A stretch of DNA of 64,000 nucleotides from Eledone cirrhosa (GCA_964016885.1 OZ024740.1:32922001-32986000), one strand, 5' to 3'; shown: positions 30,402 through 41,329, counted from the first letter of the stretch. Numbers and translations are program-made. Notes: generated by a model not told the origin, from the sequence alone.

Positions 30402-31476
30402 TTAATAGTGTTCATTTGTATTCCCTCTTCATAAAGATTTTCAATCAATATCAACCAACTATCATATTCTTCTGCAAGTTGCATGCATTTGTGTATAATG
30501 TGCACCTCTTTTTAACCAGAACATCGTCTTGTAAAGCCTAGTTTTGGTGTATACTGTGCATCCCCAACACAAACAAGGAAATAAAGTGAAAAAAGAAAAT
30601 GTGCAGTATACACAGAGGAATACAACATGTAGGTTGATAATTTTTCAGAGATTTACTACTTAATGGTCACAAACTTTCTAAAGTTAAGCTACACTAATTG
30701 ACCAATATAGATTATGAAAATGTGTTTGGATATTAATTTATACAAGAGTTGCAATATCCACTTGGTCATTGCAACTTTGATGTACTGTCTGGCCACTATT
30801 GATGAGTTTTTACGAGATTAAATATTTTATATTTTCTTTTTTTTTTTCCTCCCTCCAGATTTCCAATTGCTGAAATTTCCAATTATCATCAAGAACCATT
30901 TAATCCATCTATCTAAAAATATATATTTACTTTGGTTAAAGATAGAATTTATAAATCTATTTTAGATATTTGGTCAATAATTCACTGAATATCAACCTAA
31001 TTTAAGTACATTATTAAAAACAATATCAGATTCTCAAAGATTGGTTCACAAAGTAGTTACTATTAGTTAATGAATTGTACTTCACCCAAGGCAGATTATA
31101 ATGTAAAGTATTAAAAATACCAAGGAAGGAAATTGATCAGACATTAAAGAGTAGGGATATGATCTGATGATTTCTATTATGTTTCCAATGTTAACCAAAA
31201 CTAATGTAACTGACGATAGTTGTTAATGTTTGCTATCAAGTATAGAATTAAACATAAGCCATATATAGGTAGAGTCTTTCGCTAAACCTCACATGACCCT
31301 CACAGAAAAGGTACAGGCAACTGTTTAAAAGACAACACTAAAAAAATTAATATAAGATTGAAATATATACAAAAACACTGCCATTACATTAATAATATAC
31401 AGAGATTGTACATGAAACTATATTTAAATATATATACACATTGTATGTATATATTTTCATATATATACATACATAT

Positions 31477-31518
31477 ACCCATGCTAGCGTGGAAAATGGA
31501 CATTAAACGATGATGATA
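31477..31518 (+). mobile_element. ~40-bp 3'-terminal remnant of the RTE LINE/SINE family
   Basis: ACCCATGCTAGCGTGGAAAATGGACATTAAACGATGATGAT matches the LINE 3' end CCCATGCAAGCGTGGAACACGGACGTTAAACGATGATG. Confidence 0.75.
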
Positions 31519-32215
31519 CATATGTATATATTTTCAATTTTATTATTTGGTTGACAAAGTATCTTTACACCAACCTGAGGATTGTTGTTGATAGTGGTAA
31601 TAGTCTGTTTAATGCTTTGGGAAATAAACGACAGGTCAGTTAAAAATCAGAAGAATCCATTACGCCCATGAACCCTTCAAATGTAACCAGGAGGCTACCC
31701 AAACCCTCTTCAGTTTAGACACAGAAAGCCAACACCAACACTCCGAAACCACCCTTCTTTCTGCAAGTTTCAAACCTTTAAAGCAGTCACCTTCAATGTA
31801 AGCATGATGAAAGCACTATTAGAGTGAAAGTCAGTGGATGCTGTGTAGAAGACAGCTAGAAGGGCAAATACAATACTACACATGTCTCAGTGTAGGCAAC
31901 AATTGGATAAGAGGAGCGAGTATATTGTTGGCAGAAAATGAGTAGATAAGGTAATAAAGATAGAGTAATAGAATCCCTGCCTTGCCAATCTTTCTATACC
32001 TGTTTCTTATTTTTACCACATCTACCCTCCAGTCCCAGGTCTTGTTTGTAGCTTTCAGTTGATTATATCGCAGGAATCTCCACTGCTCGTATAACTCCTT
32101 TTCTTTATTGTCATAAGTGTCAGCATGTATTGTGTGTGTTTGTCATGTAGATCCCTAACACTAGGAAGGCTGCCATGTCTTTGACACAACTGAAGGGTCC
32201 TTCAAACCCTTTGTA

Positions 32216-32290
32216 TGGCAAACTTCCTATGGCTGGATGCCATTCCTATTACAAACCACCTTACAGCATGTACTGGCTTCTTTATCATGT
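32216..32290 (-). mobile_element. Old degraded SINE/RTE 3'-region fragment
   Basis: TTCCTATGGCTGGATGCCATTCCTATTACAAACCACCTTACAG resembles TTTCTACAGCTGGATGCCCTTCCTAACACCAACCACATTTACAG in the minus-strand copies. Confidence 0.5.
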
Positions 32291-32862
32291 AGTTCTATTT
32301 TCTTTTTTATTATCCTAGGCTAAGTTTAGCTTAAGCATTCAAATTCAGAACTTTAATCCACCAACCAGACTGCTGTTCTATCATTAACTCAAAGTCCTGT
32401 ACAGCATGAAACTACATTAGTAAGGCATTCTTGAAAGTATAATACAACACTATGACTACATCACAATAAAAAATTAAAATCATTACTGCAAATTTTCCTA
32501 ATCTATCCATTAGTAAATATACTATAAACATTTGAATATTTGATAGTTTCTGCTTTTCATTACACAATGTTAGACTGGCAAAATAGTTTAGAAATTAATT
32601 TTTCAATAGAAACTACATGTTGCTAATAAAAATGTTAATTGATGAAAGGAACAACAATAATATTTAACCAAAACCTGTCTACATATGGGATTTAGTGGCA
32701 AAATAATTATACAAAAGAAAAGGAAAACTGACTAATTAACAATTTAATTTTATTGTTTTGCTGAAATTTTAGAGTAATAAATTATAGAATCAAGTATAGT
32801 TAATTCCAAAATTAACTGATATTTCAGAGAAAATATTTGTTATATTGATTTAAATAAGTATT

Positions 32863-33029
32863 CCATATATACTCAAATATAAGCTAATCTGAGAAATGGG
32901 CAAAAATCAAAACCCCATTTATAAGCCAAGGCAGTGTTTAGATGGCAATTATAAGCTGACCCCCAGCTCTCATTTTACCATCGGTTTTTTTGGTCACATA
33001 TTCCTCGGCTTATATACAAGTATATACGG
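32863..33029 (+). mobile_element. TA-flanked MITE, Tc1/mariner superfamily (Tc2-like TIR), copy 1
   Basis: Left CCATATATACTCAAATATAAGCTA; right TCGGCTTATATACAAGTATATACGG|TA. Interior shared with copy 2 (TCTGAGAAATGGGCAAAAATC...TTGGTCACATATTCCTC). Confidence 0.75.
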
Positions 33030-33276
33030 TATGTGGTAATTCATACAGATTATGTAACTAATGAAACATAACTCACCCAGTGATTTCAGAAGACTAGAAG
33101 AGGTAAAACTTATCGTAATAGGACAACAATTTTCTGCCAAATATTTTTTTAACATAAAAAATACTAAACAATATTTCAATATAGAACCAATTATGCAGGG
33201 TCAATTAATGAATTCTAAAGGATTTCCAATGAAATCATAGAAATGTTGTTAGGTTTTTATTTCTAATTATGTTAAT

Positions 33277-33395
33277 AGGTCAATAAAATAAAGCATCAGT
33301 AAAGCACTGGAGTTAATTTAATCGACCCCCCCCCCCCACACACACATACACATACACACAAATTTCTGGCCTTGTGCCCATATTAGAAACAATTA
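33277..33395 (+). mobile_element. 3' part of a SINE of the family seen at 44491-44679
   Basis: GGTCAATAAAATAAAGCATCAGTAAAGCACTGG and CTGGCCTTGTGCCCATATTAGAAACAATTAT match GGTCGATAAAATAAAGTACCAGTAATACACTGG...CTGGCCTTGTGCCTAATGTAGAAATAAT. Confidence 0.65.
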
Positions 33396-33618
33396 TAAAA
33401 ATAAAAAGTTTCAGTAACTGCTAGGGATCTTCTTTGGAAGCTAATCTTTAAGAATCTGGTATGGCTTCCAATAATCTACTTGAATTAGGATAATTTTCAG
33501 TGAATTATATAAACAGATTTGTAAGTCCTATCTTAACCAAAGCAAATATAAATTTCTAGATAGGTGAATTGAATGGTTTTAGTAGGTACAAAGTTGATTT
33601 AACTCAACACAGTATATA

Positions 33619-33825
33619 CCATATATACTCGAATATAGGCCGATCCAAATATAAGTTCCCACCCCCTATTTTATGTCTGAGAAATGGGCAAAAATCCAAA
33701 ACCCATTTATAAGCCAAGGAACTAATCAACATACTGTTTTGATGGCAAATATAAGCCAAATACCCTCATTTTACCATCAAATTTTTTGGTCACATATTCC
33801 TCAGCTTATATTCAAGTATATACGG
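33619..33825 (+). mobile_element. TA-flanked MITE (Tc2-like TIR), copy 2, 207 bp
   Basis: TA|CCATATATACTCGAATATAGGCCGA ... TCAGCTTATATTCAAGTATATACGG|TA: ~25-bp imperfect TIRs with TA on both sides. Confidence 0.8.
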
Positions 33826-33975
33826 TAATTATTTTATAAAACAAATTTGATTGCAATAGTCCCTAAGACTAACTAAATATAAATAATCTGGTGTTTTACA
33901 AAATATATCTCCTTTCCATGTTGGATCTTTAACAATAAGAAAAAATTAATTTCAATAGGAATGAAATTAAAACTA

Positions 33976-34064
33976 CCATGTATTCTCAAATATAAGCTGA
34001 CCCCAATTTTATCCTCATTTTGTTTTTTACATATTTCTCATATTATAGCAACAAGTATATAAGA
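33976..34064 (+). mobile_element. Third, shorter and degraded copy of the same MITE
   Basis: TA|CCATGTATTCTCAAATATAAGCTGACCCC...CCTCATTTT...CATATTTCTCA...CAAGTATATA. Confidence 0.5.
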
Positions 34065-34185
34065 TGTTTTCATCAATCAATCCAATTTTTACTCCAAGAA
34101 AAAAAAATGCTTAAATACACTCATAAATTGAAATTTAAAAAAAAATAATCTTAGTGTATTTCTTTTTGATAGCAATTTCTCTTAA

Positions 34186-34415
34186 CCCTTTTAATAACAA
34201 ACCACATGAAAATGTATGTTTTACAATACTAAATTGTTTATTTATATTTAAAAACGTTCCATAATTTTATGTAAGAACCTTCATTAACATATGCTCAAAA
34301 TACCAACTTAACAAGATAGTTGTAATAGTAAATCTCCCCCAAATTTTTGATTATTTTCAAAATGATTTAAATATCCCAGGTAGTGTCTTTCATTAGAAAT
34401 ATGGCAAAGAAAGGG
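34186..34415 (-). mobile_element. TTAA-type MITE related to 30237-30401, in opposite orientation
   Basis: Left TTAA|CCCTTTTAATAAC. The right end AGAAATATGGCAAAGAAAGGG|TGAA reverse-complements to a close match of CCCTTTTGTTACCATATTTCT. Confidence 0.5.
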
Positions 34416-34893
34416 TGAAATCATTATACTGGTCCAATGCCAATAGACTCTTACCACTTTTGCTTTCTATCATTTCAAAAGAAACTAAGAAAAACTAGTG
34501 GAATATATTTTCATACAATGAAATTCAAAACTGAATTTGGGGCAGGTAAAATATTAAACAAAAACAAAAGCCAAGCCAGGCACTTTTTTTTTTTCCTTTC
34601 TATATTCTCTCTCCAATAAAGATATATGAACCTATATACAATATGTTTACATATAACAAACATACATTTTCTTGTGAGTATTTGAAGTTGTGATCATATT
34701 TTATATACAAACATATTCTATACAAGTTCATTATATGCTTTACTCTGAATCACATCCATATTTACATCCAATTCATATATAACTTGTAGACTAGAGTTTT
34801 CCTTAGGACAAACAGAAACCCACATGTTTTTTTTCCACACGTTGACAGACTTGCACTTGAAATTCTCATTTTTTTTCAAAAACAAACAGTTAC

Positions 34894-35093
34894 NNNNNNN
34901 NNNNNNNNNNNNNNNNNNNNNNNNNNNNNNNNNNNNNNNNNNNNNNNNNNNNNNNNNNNNNNNNNNNNNNNNNNNNNNNNNNNNNNNNNNNNNNNNNNNN
35001 NNNNNNNNNNNNNNNNNNNNNNNNNNNNNNNNNNNNNNNNNNNNNNNNNNNNNNNNNNNNNNNNNNNNNNNNNNNNNNNNNNNNNNNNNNNNN
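34894..35093. other. Assembly gap (200 N)
   Basis: Exactly 200 N, a typical scaffolding spacer. True size and adjacency are unknown. Confidence 0.99.
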
Positions 35094-35118
35094 TAATATA
35101 TATATATATATAATAAAT

Positions 35119-35150
<32 letters not shown>

Positions 35151-35690
35151 ATATATATATATATATAATATATATAATATATAATATATATAATATATAA
35201 TATATATATATATATAATATATATATATATATAATAAATATATATATATAATAAATATATATATATAATATATATATATATATAATATATATATATATAT
35301 AATATATATAATATATAATATATATAATATATATATATATATAATATATATATATATATAATAAATATATATATATAATAAATATATATATATAATATAT
35401 ATAAAATATATAATATATAATAATATATATATATATATAATATATAATAATATATATATATATATAATATATAATATATATATAATATATATATATAATA
35501 TATATATAATATATAATATATATATAATATATAATATATATAATATATAATATATATATATATATATATAATATATATATATAATATATATATATAATAT
35601 ATATATATATATATAATATATATATATAATATATATATATATAATATATATATAATATATATATATATATAATATATATATATATATAAT

Positions 35691-35736
<46 letters not shown>

Positions 35737-35804
35737 TATATAATATATATATATATAATATATATACATATAATATATATAATATATATATATATAATAT
35801 ATAT
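35094..35804. repeat. Interrupted (TA)n/TATAA microsatellite
   Basis: Almost pure A/T alternation with frequent extra A. Confidence 0.97.
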
Positions 35805-36121
35805 GACTCCAGTTCCTCAGTGAATTAACAACCCAACAAGGAACTGGGCATATCAGAGTATTGACAATATCATACACCTAAACAACATATGTACTTGTCT
35901 ATACCATACTAATTCAAACTGCCTGAAGAGGTCACAGCCAAAGATGGCTGTCACTGAAATATATATAGCAGTAATAAACGAAGCTAAATTTTAATCATTT
36001 GACTTTTATTTAACTTTATTTTACACTACTCCGGAGTAACCCAAACCAACCTGCGCACCTCGTCGAGTGCTCCAGCCTGCATACTGAGGTGTTGGTATAC
36101 AACCAACATAAACTCTAAATC
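35805..36121 (+). mobile_element. Hammerhead-bearing non-coding cassette 1 (Penelope-like terminal repeat or retrozyme-like), flanked by (TA)n
   Basis: ~317 bp bounded by TA tracts. Has a 5' hairpin (CCAGTTCCT 35809-17 / AGGAACTGG 35839-47), a hammerhead fold, and AATAAA immediately downstream. Confidence 0.65.
35918..35972 (+). ncRNA. Minimal type-I hammerhead ribozyme (predicted)
   Basis: ACTGC-CTGAAGA-GGTCACAGCC-aaagat-GGCTGTCACT-GAAA-TATATATA-GCAGT: helix I ACTGC/GCAGT, CUGANGA core, helix II with one mismatch, GAAA, palindromic helix III, NUH = AUA. Confidence 0.75.
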
Positions 36122-36539
36122 TATATAATATATAATATATATATATATAATATATACAAATATAATATATATAATATATATAATATATATAATATATATA
36201 AATATAATATATATATATATTATATATATATATATATAATATATAAATATATATATATATATATAATATATAATATATAATATATATATAATATATAAAT
36301 ATAATATATATATATATAATATATAATATATATAATATATATATATATAATATATATATAATATATATATAATATATAATATATATATATATAATATATA
36401 TATAATATATATATATATAATATATAATATATATATAATATATATATATATAATATATAATATATAATATATATAATATATATATATATAATATATATAT
36501 ATAATATATATATAATATATATATAATATATATAATATA

Positions 36540-36575
<36 letters not shown>
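36122..36575. repeat. Interrupted (TA)n microsatellite
   Basis: Seen directly in the sequence. Confidence 0.97.
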
Positions 36576-36578
<3 letters not shown>

Positions 36579-37295
36579 GCTTGCATGCTCCGCTGGATGT
36601 GTCATAGTAACATACGTGAACGGCAAAGCATTAGCGAACTAAGGAAAAAATTAGAAATAAGAGGGATCAGATGTTGTTTACTCGAGAGAAGGCTACGTTG
36701 GTATGGTCACGTGATGCGCATGAAAGACGACAGCTGTATAACAAAGTGCAGGGGCAATAAAGATAGACGGTAGCTACAGAGTAGGCAGACCCAGAAAAAT
36801 CTGGGAAGAGCTGATAAATTCCGACCTCACACACTTACACCTCTCCAAGACAATGTCACTGGACCGAGACCTTTGGCGGTACTCAGTAATACAGAAGACC
36901 CGTCTTACCTAAGTACAAAGTAAAACCTACTACAGTCAGTAGGCATCTCTAACAAAATACCCCCCCCCCCATCCACACCGCCCCTTTCAATGTAAAGTTA
37001 TGTTGGTGCCACAACATCCAGGCCGAAACAAATGAGATCGTGTAGGTGTCACGACAAAAAAACACACAGTCCACGCTGTAATGTGGCCGTGTAGGCAACA
37101 CGGTAAAAACCTCCCAGACCCACACTGTAAATGTGGTTGGTGTTAGGAAGGGCATCCAGCTGTAGAAAACCCGCCAGACAGTCAGTCCTATGCGAGCAAG
37201 ACAATCACTCCTGCCTCAAGTGAGAAAACCCCCGTCCAAACCCATGCAAGCGTGGAACACGGACGTTAAACGATGATGATGATGATGATGATGAT
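36576..37295 (+). mobile_element. RTE-clade LINE copy 1, heavily 5'-truncated (~720 bp), frameshifted
   Basis: Begins at EACMLRWMC...RRLRWYGHVMRM. An extra G in GCAGGGGCAAT shifts the frame. The 3'UTR ends in GGACGTTAAAC(GAT)n. Confidence 0.95.
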
Positions 37296-37427
37296 ATATA
37301 TAATATAATATATATATAATATAATATAATATATATATATAATATAATATATAATATATATATAATATAATATATATATATAATATAATATATATATATA
37401 ATATAATATATATATAATATATAATAT

Positions 37428-37460
<33 letters not shown>

Positions 37461-37776
37461 ATATATATATATATATAATATATAATTTAATATATATATA
37501 ATATATATATATATATAATATATAATATAATATATATATAATATATATATATATATAATATATATATAATATAATATATTATATATAATATATATATATA
37601 TATATATAATATATATATATATATATAAATATATATAATATATATATAATATAATATATATATAATATATATATATATATAATATATATATATATATATA
37701 ATATAATATATATATAATATAATATATATATAATATAATATATATAATATAATATATATAATATAATATATATAAT
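37296..37776. repeat. Interrupted (TA)n microsatellite
   Basis: Seen directly in the sequence. Confidence 0.97.
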
Positions 37777-40700
37777 GCTATGACGGAATCCATGGAGGCT
37801 ATGGGTTCGGTACTAGAAATGAGGAAGGCTCCAGAATCCTGGAATTCTGCGACGCAAATAACTTAACTATCTGTAACACTAACTTCAAAAAACGAGACAA
37901 TCACTTGATCACCTATAGATCGGGGGAACACACAAGCCAGGTAGATTATATCCTTACCAGAAGACGTGACAGAGTGTCTGTTGTTAACACTAAATCCCAC
38001 CCCCATGAAGAATTCACCTCCCAACATAGACTGATAATTAGCGACCTCATAGTCAGGACGAGACGTACTAGACAGCGGAAGAGGACTATCCTCAGGAGAA
38101 AAATATGGAAGCTAAAAGACCCCATAGCCAGAAATAAATTTCAAAGCATATTACTTGACGCTTTCGACAGTAAGGAAGAGCAATTAGAGTCGTATAATAT
38201 AGAGGAACAGTGGGTATTCCTGAGAGCAAACCTGCTGACGGCGGCAGACGAAGTCTGTGGCTGGAGCAGGCCTGTAGGTAGGAGGAGAGTAACATGGTGG
38301 TGGAACAGTAAGGTGGAGGTGTCAATTAAGGCCAAAAAGCAGGCTTGGAAAGTATGGCGGGATGGGGGAAGTAGAGAAGACTATCAAGTGGCCAGGAGGG
38401 AAGCTAGGAGACAAGTGTACTTCGCAAGAAGGGAAGCAGAGGAAAGAAAGTTCAAGCATGTTCTACAACGTGAGGACCAAAAACGTGAGGTGTTCAGGAT
38501 TGCCAGGCAATGTGTCAAGGAAAATCGTGATATTGTCGGGGAGAAGTGTGTACTTAACGATGATGGCATACTTGCCATCACCGACGCTGATAAGAAGGTA
38601 GCTTGGAAGTGTCACTACGAAAGGCTTCTAAATGAGGAGAACAAATGGGAGAAAGACAGTCTCCCCCAGATCGATCCAATAGAGGGACCAGCAGTGTTAG
38701 TTGAAGGTAGTATAATAAGTAAGGCAATCAAAGATATGAAGACGGGTAAGGCGGCTGGGCCTTCGGAAATAGTTGCTGAGATGCTGAAGGCATCTGGTTC
38801 GGTGGGACACACCATGGTCACCCGGATAGTTAACCAAGTCGTACAGAATGGGGTTGTTCCGAAGGAATGGCGTAGCAGCATCATCGTTAACTGCTATAAG
38901 GGAAAAGGAGATGCCCTAGATAGGAGTAACTATAGAGGCATTAAATTAATCGACCAGGTCATGAAGGTCACGGAAAAAGTAATAGCGCAACTAATCAGAG
39001 AGAGAATTGATCTAGATGAAATGCAGTTCGGGTTTGTGTCAGGCAAAAGTACCACAGACGCTCTTTTCATTGTACGACAACTACAGGAGAAGTACCTAGC
39101 TAAAAGTAAACCCCTATACTTAGCTTTCGTCGACTTGGAGAAAGCCTTCGACAGAGTCCCCCGTTCCATTATCTGGTGGTCTCTTAGAAAACTAGGTGTT
39201 GACGAATGGCTTGTGAGAGCTATACAAGCCATATATAAAGAAACAGTCAGTAAGGTTAGAATTAACAACGAATATAGTGAAGAGTTTAGCGTAAAAGTTG
39301 GTGTCCATCAGGGCTCTGTTCTTAGCCCCCTACTATTTATTATTGCCCTTCAGGCTATAACAGAGGAGTTCAAGACCGGCTGCCCATGGGAACTCCTATA
39401 CGCAGATGATCTAACGCTCATAGCTGAATCAATGACCGAACTAGAGAAGAAATTCCAAACATGGAAGCACGGCCTAGAATCAAAAGGCCTTAAAATTAAC
39501 CTGGCTAAAACTAAAGTTCTAGTTTGTAGGAAAGAAAATAAGGCGGCGGTCCCATCTGGGAAATGGCCATGCTCAGTGTGTAGGAAAGGCGTAGGTAGAA
39601 ACTCCATTTTATGTCCCAAATGCAAAGTATGGGTGCATAAAAGATGTAGTGGGATCACAGGTAAGCTAACTGAGAACATAGATTTTACATGTGGCCGGTG
39701 CTCTGGTGCAATAAGTAGCAGCAAGTGCCCACAAAATACTAGCTCCTTCAACTGCGCAGAGGGTTCTATAGAAATAGTGGACAGCTTCCGTTATCTGGGT
39801 GACAAAATCAGCAGTGGGGGAGGGTGCTCTAAAAGTACAGTAGCTAGAGTCAGAACTGGATGTAAAAAGTTCAGAGAGCTTATACCACTATTAGCCGCTA
39901 GAGGGTTCTCCCTAAAAATGAAAGGCAGGTTATACGATGCCTGCATACGAACAGCAATGTTGCATGGCAGTGAGACCTGGGCATTGTGTGCAGAGGATAT
40001 ACGCAGACTAGAGAGGAACGAAGCTTGCATGCTCCGCTGGATGTGCAATAGTAATATACGTGAACGGCAAAGCATAAACGAACTAAGGAAAAATTAGAAA
40101 TAAGAGGGATCAGATGTTGTTTACTCGAGAGGAGGCTACGTTGGTACGGTCACGTGATGCGCATGAAAGACGACAGCTGTATAACAAAGTGCAGGGCAAT
40201 AAAGATAGACGGTAGCCACGGAGTAGGCAGACCCAGAAAAACATGGGACGAGCTGATAAATTCCGACCTCACACGCTTACACCTCTCCAAGACAATGTCA
40301 CTGGACCGAGATCTTTGGCGGTACTCAGTAATAGAGAAGACCCGCCTTACCTAAATACAAAGTAAAAACCTACTACAGTCAGTAGGCATCTCTATCAAAA
40401 CACACCCCCGTCCCACCACCTCCACCCCACCCACACCGCCCCTTCAATGTAAAGTTATGTTGGTCCCACAACATCCAGGCCGAAACAAATGAGATCGTGT
40501 AGGTGTCACGACAAAAAACACACAGTCCACGCTGTAAATGTGGCCGTGTAGGCAACACGGTAAAAACCTCCCAGCCCCACACTGTAAATGTGGTTGGTGT
40601 TAGGAAGGGCATCCAGCTGTAGAAAACCCGCCAGACAGTCCACGCTGTAATGTGGCCGTGTAGGCAACACGGTAAAAACCTCCCAGCCCCACACTGTAAA

Positions 40701-40859
40701 TGTGGTTGGTGTTAGGAAGGGCATCCAACTGTAGAAAACCCGCCAGACAGTCCTATGCGAGCAAGACAACCACTCTTGCCTCAAGTGGGAAAACCCCCGT
40801 CCAAACCCATGCAAGCGTGGAACACGGACGCTAAACCTGATGATGATGATGATGATGAT
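37777..40859 (+). mobile_element. RTE-clade LINE copy 2, 5'-truncated within the APE endonuclease
   Basis: APE C-terminal motifs, RT, 3'UTR and (GAT)n tail. The 3'UTR has a 113-bp tandem duplication. Confidence 0.96.
37779..40354 (+). pseudogene. Partial APE endonuclease + reverse transcriptase ORF with an internal PHD-type finger; one frameshift near 40090
   Basis: In frame from 37779: YDGIHGGYGFGTRNEEGSRILEFC...NTNFKKR...ITY...QVDYIL (APE); then NYRGIKL, QFGF, AFVDLEKAFDRVPR, GVHQGSVLSP, LYADD (39399-39410), FRYLGD. One A is missing in the A-run, giving an early stop at 40097; the C-terminus continues in 40154-40354. Confidence 0.93.
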
Positions 40860-40907
40860 ATATATACAATATTAAATAAATGGAAACTATATTTATAAAA
40901 CCATATC

Positions 40908-40973
40908 TATTTCATTATATATATTTCAGGGATATCATATTAACAATATGCTATGCCTTCCTCAGACAAAATA
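40908..40973 (-). ncRNA. Hammerhead-like motif, mirror copy in the left palindrome arm
   Basis: Exact reverse complement of 41135-41200. Confidence 0.6.
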
Positions 40974-41134
40974 CAATATAAACAGTTTTATAGATAAATA
41001 GATTTGACATACCGTAACAACATCGACTTGTATTTGAAAAAGTTGAATTGGCACTGCCAATTCAACTTTTTCAAATACAAGTCGATGTTGTTACGGTATG
41101 TCAAATCTATTTATCTATAAAACTGTTTATATTG

Positions 41135-41200
41135 TATTTTGTCTGAGGAAGGCATAGCATATTGTTAATATGATATCCCTGAAATATATATAATGAAATA
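41135..41200 (+). ncRNA. Minimal type-I hammerhead ribozyme (predicted), cassette 2
   Basis: TATTTTGT-CTGAGGA-AGGCATAGCATATT-gtt-AATATGATATCCCT-GAAA-TATATATA-ATGAAATA: helix I of 8 bp with two G-U pairs, helix II 12/14 paired, and the same GAAATATATATA as cassette 1. Confidence 0.65.
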
Positions 41201-41329
41201 GATATGGTTTTATAAATATAGTTTCCATTTATTTAATATTGTAAATATACTCCAAATACTTGTCGAGTGCTTTTATATCAGTTATAAATATTTACTAGTT
41301 GTAACCCAACAATTTAAATATAACTTTCC

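Larger units (their letters stand above)
40865..41243. repeat. Perfect palindrome, 189-bp arms, 1-nt spacer (C at 41054)
   Basis: Centre ...AAGTTGAATTGGCA-C-TGCCAATTCAACTT...; position p pairs with 82108-p out to 40865/41243. Confidence 0.97.

Noticed and set aside
30284-30505. 73-aa minus-strand ORF
   Set aside because: It has a GTG start just after a stop, overlaps a MITE and shows no recognisable motif.
30460-30625. Possible further degraded TIR element (GTGTATAATGTGCAC, GTGTATACTGTGCAT, inverted ATGTGCAGTATACAC)
   Set aside because: Suggestive of an old MITE, but the termini and target duplication cannot be defined.
31160-31220. CTGATGA and CTGACGA hammerhead-core-like heptamers
   Set aside because: No helix II, GAAA or helix I partner follows either of them.
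34824-37793. Ile/Tyr-rich and X-containing ORFs (also 41295-41588)
   Set aside because: They are translations of (TA)n tracts and the N gap.
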